A stretch of DNA of 64,000 nt from the NCBI GenBank assembly GCA_965277805.1, contig OZ255842.1, positions 512,001 to 576,000 of the forward strand, in the 5' to 3' direction. The translations under genes and the position numbers were made by a program. This document shows positions 48,494 through 57,462 of the stretch, piece after piece; within the stretch, counting starts at the first letter, position 1, and each line of letters begins with the position of its first letter. The stretch comes from Candidatus Lustribacter sp. (GTDB lineage: Bacteria > Vulcanimicrobiota > Vulcanimicrobiia > Vulcanimicrobiales > Vulcanimicrobiaceae). The notes beneath the pieces were generated by a model. That model did not search any database. It saw nothing but the letters and a program-made list of their open reading frames with translations, and was not told the origin of the DNA.

Positions 48494-49618
48494 CTACGCC
48501 GTCCCCCAGATCTCGCGCGCCACGTCGGCGACGAGGGTCAGCTTGCGTCGCTGACGCTCGTACGACGCCTCGTCGAACGCACGCGCTGCGGTCGAGAAGC
48601 CGCATTGCGGTGAAAGCGCGAGTTGTTCGAGCGGCGCGTACTGCGCGGCTTCCTCGATGCGCCGCTTGATCTCATCGGCCGTTTCCACGTGCGGTGATTT
48701 CGAGGAGACGAGGCCGAGCACGACGCGTTTGCCGGGCGGGAGATGACGCAGCGGCTCGAACGAGCCGGCGCGCGGTCCGTCCCACTCGAGCAGATACGCG
48801 CCGATCTCGCAGTGGTTGAAGAGGGCGTCTGCGATCGGCTCGTAGCTGGTGTCGGCTTGCCAACTCGGGTCTTGGCTGCGGCAGACGTGCATGGCGATGC
48901 GCATGCCGGCCGGGGCATCGCGCACCACGCGGTTGATCGCGTCGATGTAGACGCGCAAGAGGTCCTGCCAATCGTCGCCGCGCGCGGTCAGCAATGCCTG
49001 CGCGCGCGGATCGCCGAGTTTGACGAGCGAGGTTTCGTCCAGCTGGACGTACCTGCAGCCGGCCGCCGCGAGCGTGGTCAGTTCGTGGCGGTACGCCGCG
49101 ACGATATCCGACCAGAAGTCGTCGAGGTTGGGATAGATCTCGCGGCTGATATTCGCGGGACCGGCGCGGTAATGAATGAACGCCGGACCGGGCAGCGTGA
49201 CCTTCACGGTGCGGTCCGTCACGGACCGGGTGAACGCAAAGTCGGTTGCATTCGCGTTCCCGTGCGCTTCGATCCGGGCTTCGACGGCCGGAATGCGGCG
49301 CGCCGTGCGATGCCCGTGGTCAGCCGACGGGGTCCAGCCCGCGTCTTCGGTCATGACCATCCGAACGCCGGAGAAGCCGTCGCCGATCAGGAAATCGGAG
49401 TACGAATTGCGGCGGTATTCACCGTCGGTAACGACGCCGAGGCCGGCGTCTTCTTGCAAGCGGACGATCGTGCGAATCGATTCGTCCTCGATCGCCCGCA
49501 GCGCCGCCGCGTCGATGCGGCCGGCGTCGAAATCAGCGCGTGCGCGCAGCAGCTCGGGCGGACGCAGGAGGCTGCCGACGTGATCGGCACGGAACGCCGG
49601 CGCAGCCGCGGTTATCAT
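48494..49618 (-). CDS. Cobalamin-independent methionine synthase II family protein (second paralog)
   Basis: FRADHVGSLLRP, TDGEYRR, VQLDE, MHVCRSQ, LLEWD, SPQCGFST. Start ATG 49618. Confidence 0.88.
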   Translation of the reverse strand: MITAAAPAFRADHVGSLLRPPELLRARADFDAGRIDAAALRAIEDESIRTIVRLQEDAGLGVVTDGEYRRNSYSDFLIGDGFSGVRMVMTEDAGWTPSADHGHRTARRIPAVEARIEAHGNANATDFAFTRSVTDRTVKVTLPGPAFIHYRAGPANISREIYPNLDDFWSDIVAAYRHELTTLAAAGCRYVQLDETSLVKLGDPRAQALLTARGDDWQDLLRVYIDAINRVVRDAPAGMRIAMHVCRSQDPSWQADTSYEPIADALFNHCEIGAYLLEWDGPRAGSFEPLRHLPPGKRVVLGLVSSKSPHVETADEIKRRIEEAAQYAPLEQLALSPQCGFSTAARAFDEASYERQRRKLTLVADVAREIWGTA

Positions 49619-49705
49619 TTCCGCAACATAGCTCAAATTCCGGACGTCGTCTAGGCTTGGTGCGATGATTCGCACCGCGGCGGCGCGGGGAAAGAGACGG
49701 GCACA

Positions 49706-50731
49706 ATGGAGAATCGCGCAACACGGATCTTTACGCCCGAATTCCGGTTCGGTCTCGGCGGCGTGCCCCTCGGCAACGAGTTCAACAAGCATACGGATGC
49801 GGAAGCGCAAGCCACGCTCGAGACGGCATGGGAACTCGGCGTTCGCTACTTTGACGTCGCGCCGTGGTACGGCTTCGGCCTCGCCGAACGGCGATTCGGG
49901 CATTTTCTCCACGCAAAAAAGCGCGATGAGTACGTGCTCTCATCGAAGGTCGGCAAGTTATTTCGCGCGTCGAAAAACAACCGGCACGCGGAGATCTATC
50001 CGTTCTCGGATTCGCCGAACGATCTGGTCATCGACTATTCGGCGGACGGCGTCCGCCGCTCGATCGAGGATAGCCTTCAACGGCTCGGCATCTCGCATCT
50101 CGACGTGGTGTTCGTTCACGATCTGTCGCCCGATTTCGCGTGGTTCCCGACCGGCTGGGAAGAACAGTATGAGATCGCGCGCCGGGGCGCGTTTCCTGCC
50201 CTCTCGAAGCTGCGTGACGAAGGAGTGATCGGCGCCTGGGGCGTCGGCGTCAACACGCCGATGGCGATTCTCAAGGTGATCGAAGACGCCGATCCCGACG
50301 TGTGTTTGTGCGCGCGTCAATATTCGCTGATCGATCACGCCGGTGCGCTGCACGACGTCTTTCCGGCGGTCCGCGCACGGAACGTCTCGCTGGTCATCGG
50401 ATCCTCGCTCAACGCCGGTTTCATTTCCGGTAGCCCGCGTTTCAACTACGGCCAGAAGAACTTCGAGATTCCGGCGGAGGCGATCGCGAAGCGCGACCGG
50501 CTCCGCGCCGTCGCGGCAGGTTTCGGTATCGATCTGCGCACTGCCGCGCTGCAATTCTCCGCCGCCGCATCCGAAGCGGTCGCGCTCGTCGTGGGCGCCC
50601 GCAGCGGACAGCAAATCTCGGAAGACTACAATTCCATGCAAGCGAAGATTCCGGCCGCTTTTTGGGCAGAGCTCAAGGCGCAGCGGCTCATCGAGCCGGA
50701 TGCCGGGTTGCCCCCGGCGCCTACGTCCTAA
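49706..50731 (+). CDS. Aldo/keto reductase (D-threo-aldose 1-dehydrogenase-like)
   Basis: GLGGVPLGN, RYFDVAPWYG, LSSKVG, DYSADG..RSIEDSLQRLG, FVHD. Confidence 0.9.
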   Translation: MENRATRIFTPEFRFGLGGVPLGNEFNKHTDAEAQATLETAWELGVRYFDVAPWYGFGLAERRFGHFLHAKKRDEYVLSSKVGKLFRASKNNRHAEIYPFSDSPNDLVIDYSADGVRRSIEDSLQRLGISHLDVVFVHDLSPDFAWFPTGWEEQYEIARRGAFPALSKLRDEGVIGAWGVGVNTPMAILKVIEDADPDVCLCARQYSLIDHAGALHDVFPAVRARNVSLVIGSSLNAGFISGSPRFNYGQKNFEIPAEAIAKRDRLRAVAAGFGIDLRTAALQFSAAASEAVALVVGARSGQQISEDYNSMQAKIPAAFWAELKAQRLIEPDAGLPPAPTS

Positions 50732-51563
50732 CGGAAACGCGCTTCAGCAACCGCCGCTGCCCGGCATTAAAGTCGTTGCGGGCGTGCGTTACGCAACGGT
50801 TATCCCAAATGACCGTGTCGCCCGGCCGCCACGCGTGCACGTACACATCCGCACAGCGTTCGATAAAGCCGAAGAGTTCTTCGAGAATCGCGTCGCTCTC
50901 GGCTTCCGGCAACTCGAGGATCCGTTCGGTCATCAAACGGCAAATGAACAAGGCATCCTCGCCGGTAACTTCATGCCGGCGCACGACCGGTTGCACCGCC
51001 CGTGGCGCCTTCTCGTCGCGAACCTTCATGCTGCGATCGGTCGCCGTATAGTCGTAGACGTTGAGCGCGGTGAGCCCCCTCAACTTTTGCTGCAGCGATT
51101 CCGGCAGCGAAGCGAAGACGCTGCACATGTTCGCAAACCGCGTCTCGCCGCCGCTCGCGGGTACCTCGATCGCGTGCAAGATCCCGCCCGTATACGGCGT
51201 GGGCTGATGCAAGCCGTCGTAGTGCCAATCCATCTCGCCGTCCGGCAAGCTGCCGAGCGCGACGCCGTCATCATCGCGAATGTTCGAGATGATCATGATC
51301 TCCGGCCGCACCCCGAGCGGCGACCGCATCGCTTTCGAAACGAGCACCGGCCCGAACGACGACGCGAAGTCTACCTGCGCATCTTCGCTCAACGGAACGT
51401 CGCGCAAGACGAGCACGTGATGCCGATGCCAAGCAGCACGTAAGGCCGCTCGATCCGCATCCGAAATCGAGGCAGGATCAAACCCGGAAATCAACCCGCC
51501 GATCCGCGGCGTCAGCGCGGCAGCATCGATCCGGCTACCGCTGCTCAGGTTCGTCTGCATCAT
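50721..51563 (-). CDS. TauD/TfdA-family 2-oxoglutarate-dependent dioxygenase
   Basis: WHYD, GGETRFA, WRPGDTVIWDNRCVTHAR, RLLKR. Confidence 0.9.
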   Translation of the reverse strand: MMQTNLSSGSRIDAAALTPRIGGLISGFDPASISDADRAALRAAWHRHHVLVLRDVPLSEDAQVDFASSFGPVLVSKAMRSPLGVRPEIMIISNIRDDDGVALGSLPDGEMDWHYDGLHQPTPYTGGILHAIEVPASGGETRFANMCSVFASLPESLQQKLRGLTALNVYDYTATDRSMKVRDEKAPRAVQPVVRRHEVTGEDALFICRLMTERILELPEAESDAILEELFGFIERCADVYVHAWRPGDTVIWDNRCVTHARNDFNAGQRRLLKRVSVRT

Positions 51564-51565
51564 CG

Positions 51566-53512
51566 TTAGCGACGCCTCCGCCGGGGTCCGAAGTCGCGCG
51601 GCCGCGGAGCGCGGCGCACGGGGTTGGGCACGTGGCGCCGTTTCGTCGGGCCGGTGCCGCGTTCGAGCAGGGCCGAATGGATGTCGTCATCGAGGCTCTC
51701 TCGGATCATTGCCACTTCGGCGCGATTCGCGTACACCTCGGGAAAACGCTGCGAAAGCCATAGGTAGAGCATCGCCAGGCGCGAGCGATCTTCGTAGAGC
51801 AGCAGCCGGTCGCGTGCTCGGCCGCCGTTCATCAGTTCGCGGCCCGCGACGGTGCCGTGGGCCGCATGCTGCGCGCCCCAGTCGGCCAGTACGACGAGGC
51901 TGTTGCCGCGCGTCGTGACGGGCGCGCGGCTGTACGTGCAGCGCGTCTTGAACGGCAGCGAGAGAAAACCGTCGGCCAGCTCGAGCGCGACCGACACCTC
52001 GATCGAGTCGGAGAGATCGGCGATGCGTAGATCTTCCTCGCCGTCGCGCAACACGCGCGTCTGGAAGAATTGCAGCAGCCGGCTGATGCGCGTCGTGCCG
52101 ATGATCGCTGAGAGACGTTCGAGATGATCGTCGGTCGGCGAGATCCAGATCGGGCCGTTGGGGGCGGCGGGCGCGTGGCCTTCGAGGCTGCGGCGCAACA
52201 ATGGGATGTGGCGCGCGTTTAGCGCGCTGACCTCGCCGTCTTCGTGAATGCCGAAGCGGCCGGCGCGGCCCGCGATCTGGCGGATCTCGTAGGGCGTCAA
52301 TAAGCGGTCCGCAACGCCGTCGAACTTTTCGATGGCGGAGAAGATGAGGCGCCGGATCGGCAGGTTGAGGCCCAGGCCGATCGCGTCGGTGGCGACCAGC
52401 ACGTCGGCGCTGCCGTCGCGGAAACGTTCTGCTTCGCGCCGCCGCACCGCGGGCGAGAGCGAGCCGTAAATCGCGGCCGACGTGAAGCCGAGTTTGGAAA
52501 CGGCGCCTTGCATTTCGACGACGGCTTTGCGCGAGAAGCCGACGATCGCATCGCCGCGCCGCAGTTGCGGCAGCGCGATCGCGCCGACGACGCGCAGCGG
52601 GTTCTTGCGTTCGAACGAACGCACGGTCATCGGTACGCCGAGCCGGTCGGCGAGCCGGCGCGCGGCGGCGAGGCCCTCGGCGGAGCCGCACATCACGACG
52701 CGTTTCGCGCGCACGCCGGCGATCGCCAGCGTCCAGGCCCAGCCGCGTTGCGGATCCTCGAGCATCTGCGCCTCGTCGATAACGGCCACGTCAAGTTCGC
52801 GCCGCAGTTCGACCATCTCGACCGTGGAACTCGTGAACCGCGCGAGCGGGTTGAGGACGCGCTCTTCACCGGTGACGAGCGATGCGGGCGCGCCGAGTTC
52901 GTTGAGGCGTTCGTACACTTCGAGCGCGAGCAAGCGCAGCGGCGCGAGATAGATGCCGCTCTCCGCCGCGCGCAAGATCTCGATCGCCGCGTGCGTCTTG
53001 CCCGAATTCGTGGGCCCGACGAAGTACTCGAACGTGCGCAGTTCGGTCGTGAAGCCTTCGAGGTAGAACCGCAAGCCGAGCGCGGCGTCGACGCGCCGGT
53101 CGACGCGCTGGTTTTCGAGCAGCTGATAGGAAGCGACGAGACCGCGGCGCGCATCTTCGAGTGCCGTGAAGAACGACGAACGCTCGAACACGTGCGTGTG
53201 GACGACGTCGTCGGGTTCGGCCAAGATCTTCACCGCCGCGCGTTCCATCGCGAGGCGAAACTGCTCGACCGACGGGTCGACGATTTCGGCCGCGGCGGCG
53301 TCGCCGGACGCTGCGGTCATGTCATCGGGTAACGGGACGGGGACGCGGCCGCGGACGATCACGGTGCGCGGGCCGAACGTGAGCGTGCGTTCGCAGCGGA
53401 CTTCGGCCGTGGTGTGGCCGATGATTTTCCAACCGAGTGCGTCGGCGGTTTTGCGGCGCTGTGCGCGTTCTGCTTTCAGTTCTGCGGTGGCGTCGGTGGC
53501 GGGTTGTTCGAT
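51566..53512 (-). CDS. Suv3-like SF2 RNA helicase
   Basis: GPTNSGKT, APLRLLALE, DEAQM, IYGSLSP, VATDAIGLGLNLPI, QIAGRAGRFG. First canonical start is GTG 53362; the extension to ATC 53512 is inferred. Confidence 0.88.
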   Translation of the reverse strand: MEQPATDATAELKAERAQRRKTADALGWKIIGHTTAEVRCERTLTFGPRTVIVRGRVPVPLPDDMTAASGDAAAAEIVDPSVEQFRLAMERAAVKILAEPDDVVHTHVFERSSFFTALEDARRGLVASYQLLENQRVDRRVDAALGLRFYLEGFTTELRTFEYFVGPTNSGKTHAAIEILRAAESGIYLAPLRLLALEVYERLNELGAPASLVTGEERVLNPLARFTSSTVEMVELRRELDVAVIDEAQMLEDPQRGWAWTLAIAGVRAKRVVMCGSAEGLAAARRLADRLGVPMTVRSFERKNPLRVVGAIALPQLRRGDAIVGFSRKAVVEMQGAVSKLGFTSAAIYGSLSPAVRRREAERFRDGSADVLVATDAIGLGLNLPIRRLIFSAIEKFDGVADRLLTPYEIRQIAGRAGRFGIHEDGEVSALNARHIPLLRRSLEGHAPAAPNGPIWISPTDDHLERLSAIIGTTRISRLLQFFQTRVLRDGEEDLRIADLSDSIEVSVALELADGFLSLPFKTRCTYSRAPVTTRGNSLVVLADWGAQHAAHGTVAGRELMNGGRARDRLLLYEDRSRLAMLYLWLSQRFPEVYANRAEVAMIRESLDDDIHSALLERGTGPTKRRHVPNPVRRAPRPRDFGPRRRRR

Positions 53513-53522
53513 GTTGGGGGTC

Positions 53523-53780
53523 CTAGTATTTCTTCCGCTCGACGATGTTGAGCGAAGCCCGTGCGGCGATGTCGTCGATCGATTCTAGCGCCGCTTTCTT
53601 GGCGTCTTTCTTCGGGCCGGCGTGGCCGTTGATCACGGCCTCCTCGATCTGCAAGGCGAGAGCCTCGTCGGCCGCGTTGCTGAACGACCCCGCTCCGGAG
53701 GACGGCGCGGCCGGCCCCGGCGCTTTGATCGGCGCCGGCGCAGCGGGAGCACTCGTCTTCCCAGCCTTCTCGATGCGCAC
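53523..53780 (-). CDS. Small hypothetical protein (85 aa)
   Basis: Fills the gap; Pro/Ala-rich N-terminus and helical C-terminus; coding-like codon usage. Confidence 0.55.
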   Translation of the reverse strand: MRIEKAGKTSAPAAPAPIKAPGPAAPSSGAGSFSNAADEALALQIEEAVINGHAGPKKDAKKAALESIDDIAARASLNIVERKKY

Positions 53781-53810
53781 GTCTGGAAAATTCGCCCTGG
53801 GGCGCCCCGG

Positions 53811-55049
53811 CTACTCCAGTGCGTGCGCGACCTCGCCGATCACCCGGGCCCATGACGGTTCGGCCGCGTGGAAGACGCGCATCGTGGGATACCAGGGCGT
53901 GCCGGCCGAGGCAGGTGACCAGCGCCAGTCCGGGCGCCATGGCAAGACGAGCCAAACCGGCACGCCCATGGCGCCGGCGAGGTGCGCGACGCTCGTGTCG
54001 GCGGAGATCACGAGATCGAGGTTGGCGACGATCGCCGCGGTATCGGCCATGTCGCGAACGGCATCGCCGAAGCGCGTGAGCGCGAGGCCTTCGGGCGCCG
54101 GGTCGCCGGCACGCGGGCCATATTGGAGCGCGAACCATTGCACGTGCGGCACGCGGGCGAATGCAGCGAACGCGTCGAGCGGGATCGAACGGCGGCGATC
54201 GTTGTCGTGCTGCGGATTGCCGGCCCACGCGATGCCGATTCGGCGCTCGCCGTTGCGCGGCGCGAAACGTGCCGCCCACGCATGCAGGCGCGCGTCCGGC
54301 GCGGCGATGTAGGGGACGCCGCTATGCCCGGGCGTGCCGTCTTCATTGCAAAGCCGGGCGAGCACCATCGTGCGCGCGTAGGCGTCGAAGCGTTCGCGCG
54401 GCGCGCTGCCGGAACTGAAGATCTCGCTGATGCCGGGAAAGCCGCGCAGCAGTTCGATCATCGCCGGATTGCACTCGAGCAGAACCTCGCCCGCGCCGCG
54501 CGCGCGCAAGCGCGAAACGTAGCGCAGCATCTGCATGAGATCGCCGAGGCCCTGATTGTTCACGAGCAGTAACCGCCGGCCGGCGAGATCCTCGCCGTCC
54601 CACTCGGTGAGTTCGGGAAAGCGCGCGCGGAAGTGGATGCGCTCGGGCAGCCAATGGCACTCGAGTTCCGGCCACGCGGCCGGATACTCGCCATGCCATG
54701 CGCGCACCGTTCCGAGCACGGCATGCGCTTCGCGATCGGCCGGATCGATCGCGATCGCGCCGTTAGCGGCGGTGAGTGCCGCGGCATGATCGCCGAGCCG
54801 TTCGCGCACGAGTGCGAGCGTGATCAGCGCGAGGACCGCTGGTTTGCCCTGCGGGTCGAGACGGATCGCAGCTTCGCAATCGGCCACCGCCTCCTCGGAG
54901 CGGCCGAACTCGTCGTACGCGGCGGCACGGTAGACGTAGAGCATCGCGTTGCCGGGATCGGCTGCGAGCCCGAGGCGGCAGGCATCGATCGTCGTTGCAT
55001 GCGCACCGTAAGCGTTGCAGAAGCGCGCGGCCTCGACGTAGTCGATCAA
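53811..55049 (-). CDS. TPR-repeat protein with C-terminal glycosyltransferase (GT9-like) domain
   Basis: TPR-like helices, then WDGEDL.GRRLL, QGLGD, IGIAWAGNP, LDLVISADTSVAHLAGAMG, DWRW, PWYPTMR; TTGA overlap gives start 55049. Confidence 0.85.
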   Translation of the reverse strand: MIDYVEAARFCNAYGAHATTIDACRLGLAADPGNAMLYVYRAAAYDEFGRSEEAVADCEAAIRLDPQGKPAVLALITLALVRERLGDHAAALTAANGAIAIDPADREAHAVLGTVRAWHGEYPAAWPELECHWLPERIHFRARFPELTEWDGEDLAGRRLLLVNNQGLGDLMQMLRYVSRLRARGAGEVLLECNPAMIELLRGFPGISEIFSSGSAPRERFDAYARTMVLARLCNEDGTPGHSGVPYIAAPDARLHAWAARFAPRNGERRIGIAWAGNPQHDNDRRRSIPLDAFAAFARVPHVQWFALQYGPRAGDPAPEGLALTRFGDAVRDMADTAAIVANLDLVISADTSVAHLAGAMGVPVWLVLPWRPDWRWSPASAGTPWYPTMRVFHAAEPSWARVIGEVAHALE

Positions 55050-56533
55050 GCGGGGAGCGCTCGGTGAAAGCGCCGGCCGGCGAGATCGTCGACCGCCCCG
55101 ACGATGCGGTCGAAGCGCATCGTCGTCCGGTGTTCCGTATCGTAGTGGGGCCACACCGGCAGCGCGGCGTTATCGGGTTTGCCGCTTGTCGTGAACGCGA
55201 TCCAGGTTTGCTGGATCACGTTCGAGAGCGCTTCGATCTCGCTCGCATGCGCGTCGCCGAGCATCGGTGCGTGAGCCCACGCCGCATCGTAACCAAAGAC
55301 GAACGGAAGCTCGATGCAGTGGCATGCACCGAAGCGTTTGGGCGCGTGCCGCGGCGCCCAATCGAACTGATAGACGTACGCCGGACGGCCGGCGCCGCTG
55401 CGCCAATCCGCCAAGTCCAGCAATTGCATCAGGAACTGTTGATCCGTGAGCAGATCGGTCAGCAGCGCGAGCGCATCGGATCCCGGCCGCCGGCGGCGAT
55501 AGCCGTCCTCTTCCGCCGCGGCGCGGTCGCCGAACTCGCGCGCAAACACGCCGGCGACCTGCTCCGGCGTGGCGTTGATGATACGCGGATCGATCGCGCA
55601 GAAGGCACCGGACTCTTCGCGCGTCGTGCCCATCAGGATCTCGACGTGCGGCGCCGGCCGCTCGCGCAGCGCGGTCAACGGGTCCTGCGGGATGACGGCG
55701 CCGTCGATCACCGGCGCGAAGAGCGGTGCCGCGTCGGCGAACCGCGCGTGCACGCCGCTCAGCTCGCCTTGGACGCGCATCAGGTCCGCGACGGGGACCG
55801 CTTGCATCGCGGCTAGTTCGCTCGCGCTGCATCTCTCCGCGAATTGCGCGCCGATTGCCGCCGCATCCGCAGCCGTGCGTGTCAGGCGCGCCATCGCGGG
55901 GCTCTGCAAGATCGCGCGCGCGAACAAACCGTCCGCTTCCGGCATGGTCATCAGAATTAGCGCGGACATCGCGCCGGCGGATTGTCCGCACAGCGTCACG
56001 GCCGCCGGGTCGCCGCCGAATGCGGCGATGTTGTCGCGCACCCAACGCAGCGCGGCCAGCTGATCGAGCAGGCCGAGATTGCCGTCGCTGATTCCGGGCG
56101 CATATAAGTAGCCGAGTACGCCAAGTCGATAGTTGACGCCGACCACGACGAGATCGCCGCGCTCGGCGAGCTTTGCACCCGAATAGCAATCGAGCGAACC
56201 CGCGCCGCTCGAGAACGCGCCGCCGTGCAGCCACACGAGCACCGGCCGCTGCTTTGCATCGGTCGCGGGCGTCCAGATCGTGAGCGTCAGGCAATCCTCA
56301 TCGCTCTCCAGCGGCGTTTCGCCCATGACGTCGGCGAGTCGCGAACGCAGTTGCGGCGGCGCGGGGCCGTTCTGCGTGGCATCGCGCACGCCGCTCCACG
56401 GTTCGACCGCGGCCGGCGGCCGGAAGCGGCGCACGCCCAACGGCGGCGCCGCGTACGGGACGCCGCGGAACACGGACACGCCTCCTTCGTGCGCGCCGGA
56501 CAACGTGCCGGCGGCGGTTTTACACGTAATCAT
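55046..56533 (-). CDS. Type-B carboxylesterase (p-nitrobenzyl esterase-like), cytoplasmic
   Basis: FRGVPYAAPP, EDCLTLTIWTP, HGGAF, GQSAG, GACHCIELPFVFG. Confidence 0.92.
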   Translation of the reverse strand: MITCKTAAGTLSGAHEGGVSVFRGVPYAAPPLGVRRFRPPAAVEPWSGVRDATQNGPAPPQLRSRLADVMGETPLESDEDCLTLTIWTPATDAKQRPVLVWLHGGAFSSGAGSLDCYSGAKLAERGDLVVVGVNYRLGVLGYLYAPGISDGNLGLLDQLAALRWVRDNIAAFGGDPAAVTLCGQSAGAMSALILMTMPEADGLFARAILQSPAMARLTRTAADAAAIGAQFAERCSASELAAMQAVPVADLMRVQGELSGVHARFADAAPLFAPVIDGAVIPQDPLTALRERPAPHVEILMGTTREESGAFCAIDPRIINATPEQVAGVFAREFGDRAAAEEDGYRRRRPGSDALALLTDLLTDQQFLMQLLDLADWRSGAGRPAYVYQFDWAPRHAPKRFGACHCIELPFVFGYDAAWAHAPMLGDAHASEIEALSNVIQQTWIAFTTSGKPDNAALPVWPHYDTEHRTTMRFDRIVGAVDDLAGRRFHRALPA

Positions 56534-56571
56534 AAAGAGAGTCCCCGGGGTTTGGCGAACGGAGCGTCGTC

Positions 56572-57462
56572 GTGCATCAGATTACGGGCCTTGTGGCCGG
56601 TACCACGCGCTTTCCCAGATACGATGCGGCAACGCTGGGCTTCGAAGAGTATTGGTATCCGGTAATGTGGTCGCAAGACCTTCGCGCGAAGCCCGTTGCG
56701 CTCTCGCTGTTCGGACGGCGGTTCGTGTTTGCGCGCGTCAACGGCGTCGCCCGCGCGCTGCCGGCGTGTGCGGTCGAGGAATGTGCCGGTCTCGTGTGGG
56801 TGTACAACGGCAACGGCGAACCGCGCCCGCTGCGCGCGCAAGTGCCGGAAGAATTGCTGCACGCGGATGCCGTGATCGAGGGACGCATCACCACGCGTAA
56901 GGGCGACTGGCGCTATGCAGCCGAGAACGGCTTCGATGAAGGGCACGTCAAGTTTCTTCATCGCGATGCCTGGCTGGTAACGTTTACGCACATTCCGAGC
57001 TACTCGACGGTGGCCGTGCACGGCGAGAGCGAGAACGATCCGTGGATCACACGCAACGTGTCGGCCGTGGGCTTCGAGGCCAATTATCCGGGGCTCGGCG
57101 AGTGGCCGAAGAAGCGGTTTTGGAAGCGTAAGAAACGCGGTGTGCGCGTGTCGATTCGCATGCCGGGAATGCTGCGCGTGCACTACGGCGACTGGATTCA
57201 TTTCGAGACCTACGTCCCAACCGTTCCCGGCGAACACCGCTATCTGCAGATCGCGATGAGCCACGCGCGCGGCTGGCAGGCGGCAAAGTTCCGGGCGTTT
57301 TACCGCGGCTACTTGTCGTGGATCTTTCACCGTCAGTTCAACGATCAGGATGCGGCGATGGTGGAGCTGATGCAGACGCCGCCCGAGCAGCTCTACCGGC
57401 CCGACATCTCCTTGATCGAGTGGCGGCGCATGTGTGAAACGCAGATCGGAGTGGGTTCATGA
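56572..57462 (+). CDS. CarAa/OxoO-like aromatic oxygenase catalytic subunit lacking the Rieske [2Fe-2S] motif
   Basis: LGFEEYWYPV, DWRYAAENGFDEGHVKFLH, FNDQD, PDISLIEWRR; no CxH...CxxH anywhere; SD GGAG 7 nt before GTG. Confidence 0.75.
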   Translation: MHQITGLVAGTTRFPRYDAATLGFEEYWYPVMWSQDLRAKPVALSLFGRRFVFARVNGVARALPACAVEECAGLVWVYNGNGEPRPLRAQVPEELLHADAVIEGRITTRKGDWRYAAENGFDEGHVKFLHRDAWLVTFTHIPSYSTVAVHGESENDPWITRNVSAVGFEANYPGLGEWPKKRFWKRKKRGVRVSIRMPGMLRVHYGDWIHFETYVPTVPGEHRYLQIAMSHARGWQAAKFRAFYRGYLSWIFHRQFNDQDAAMVELMQTPPEQLYRPDISLIEWRRMCETQIGVGS

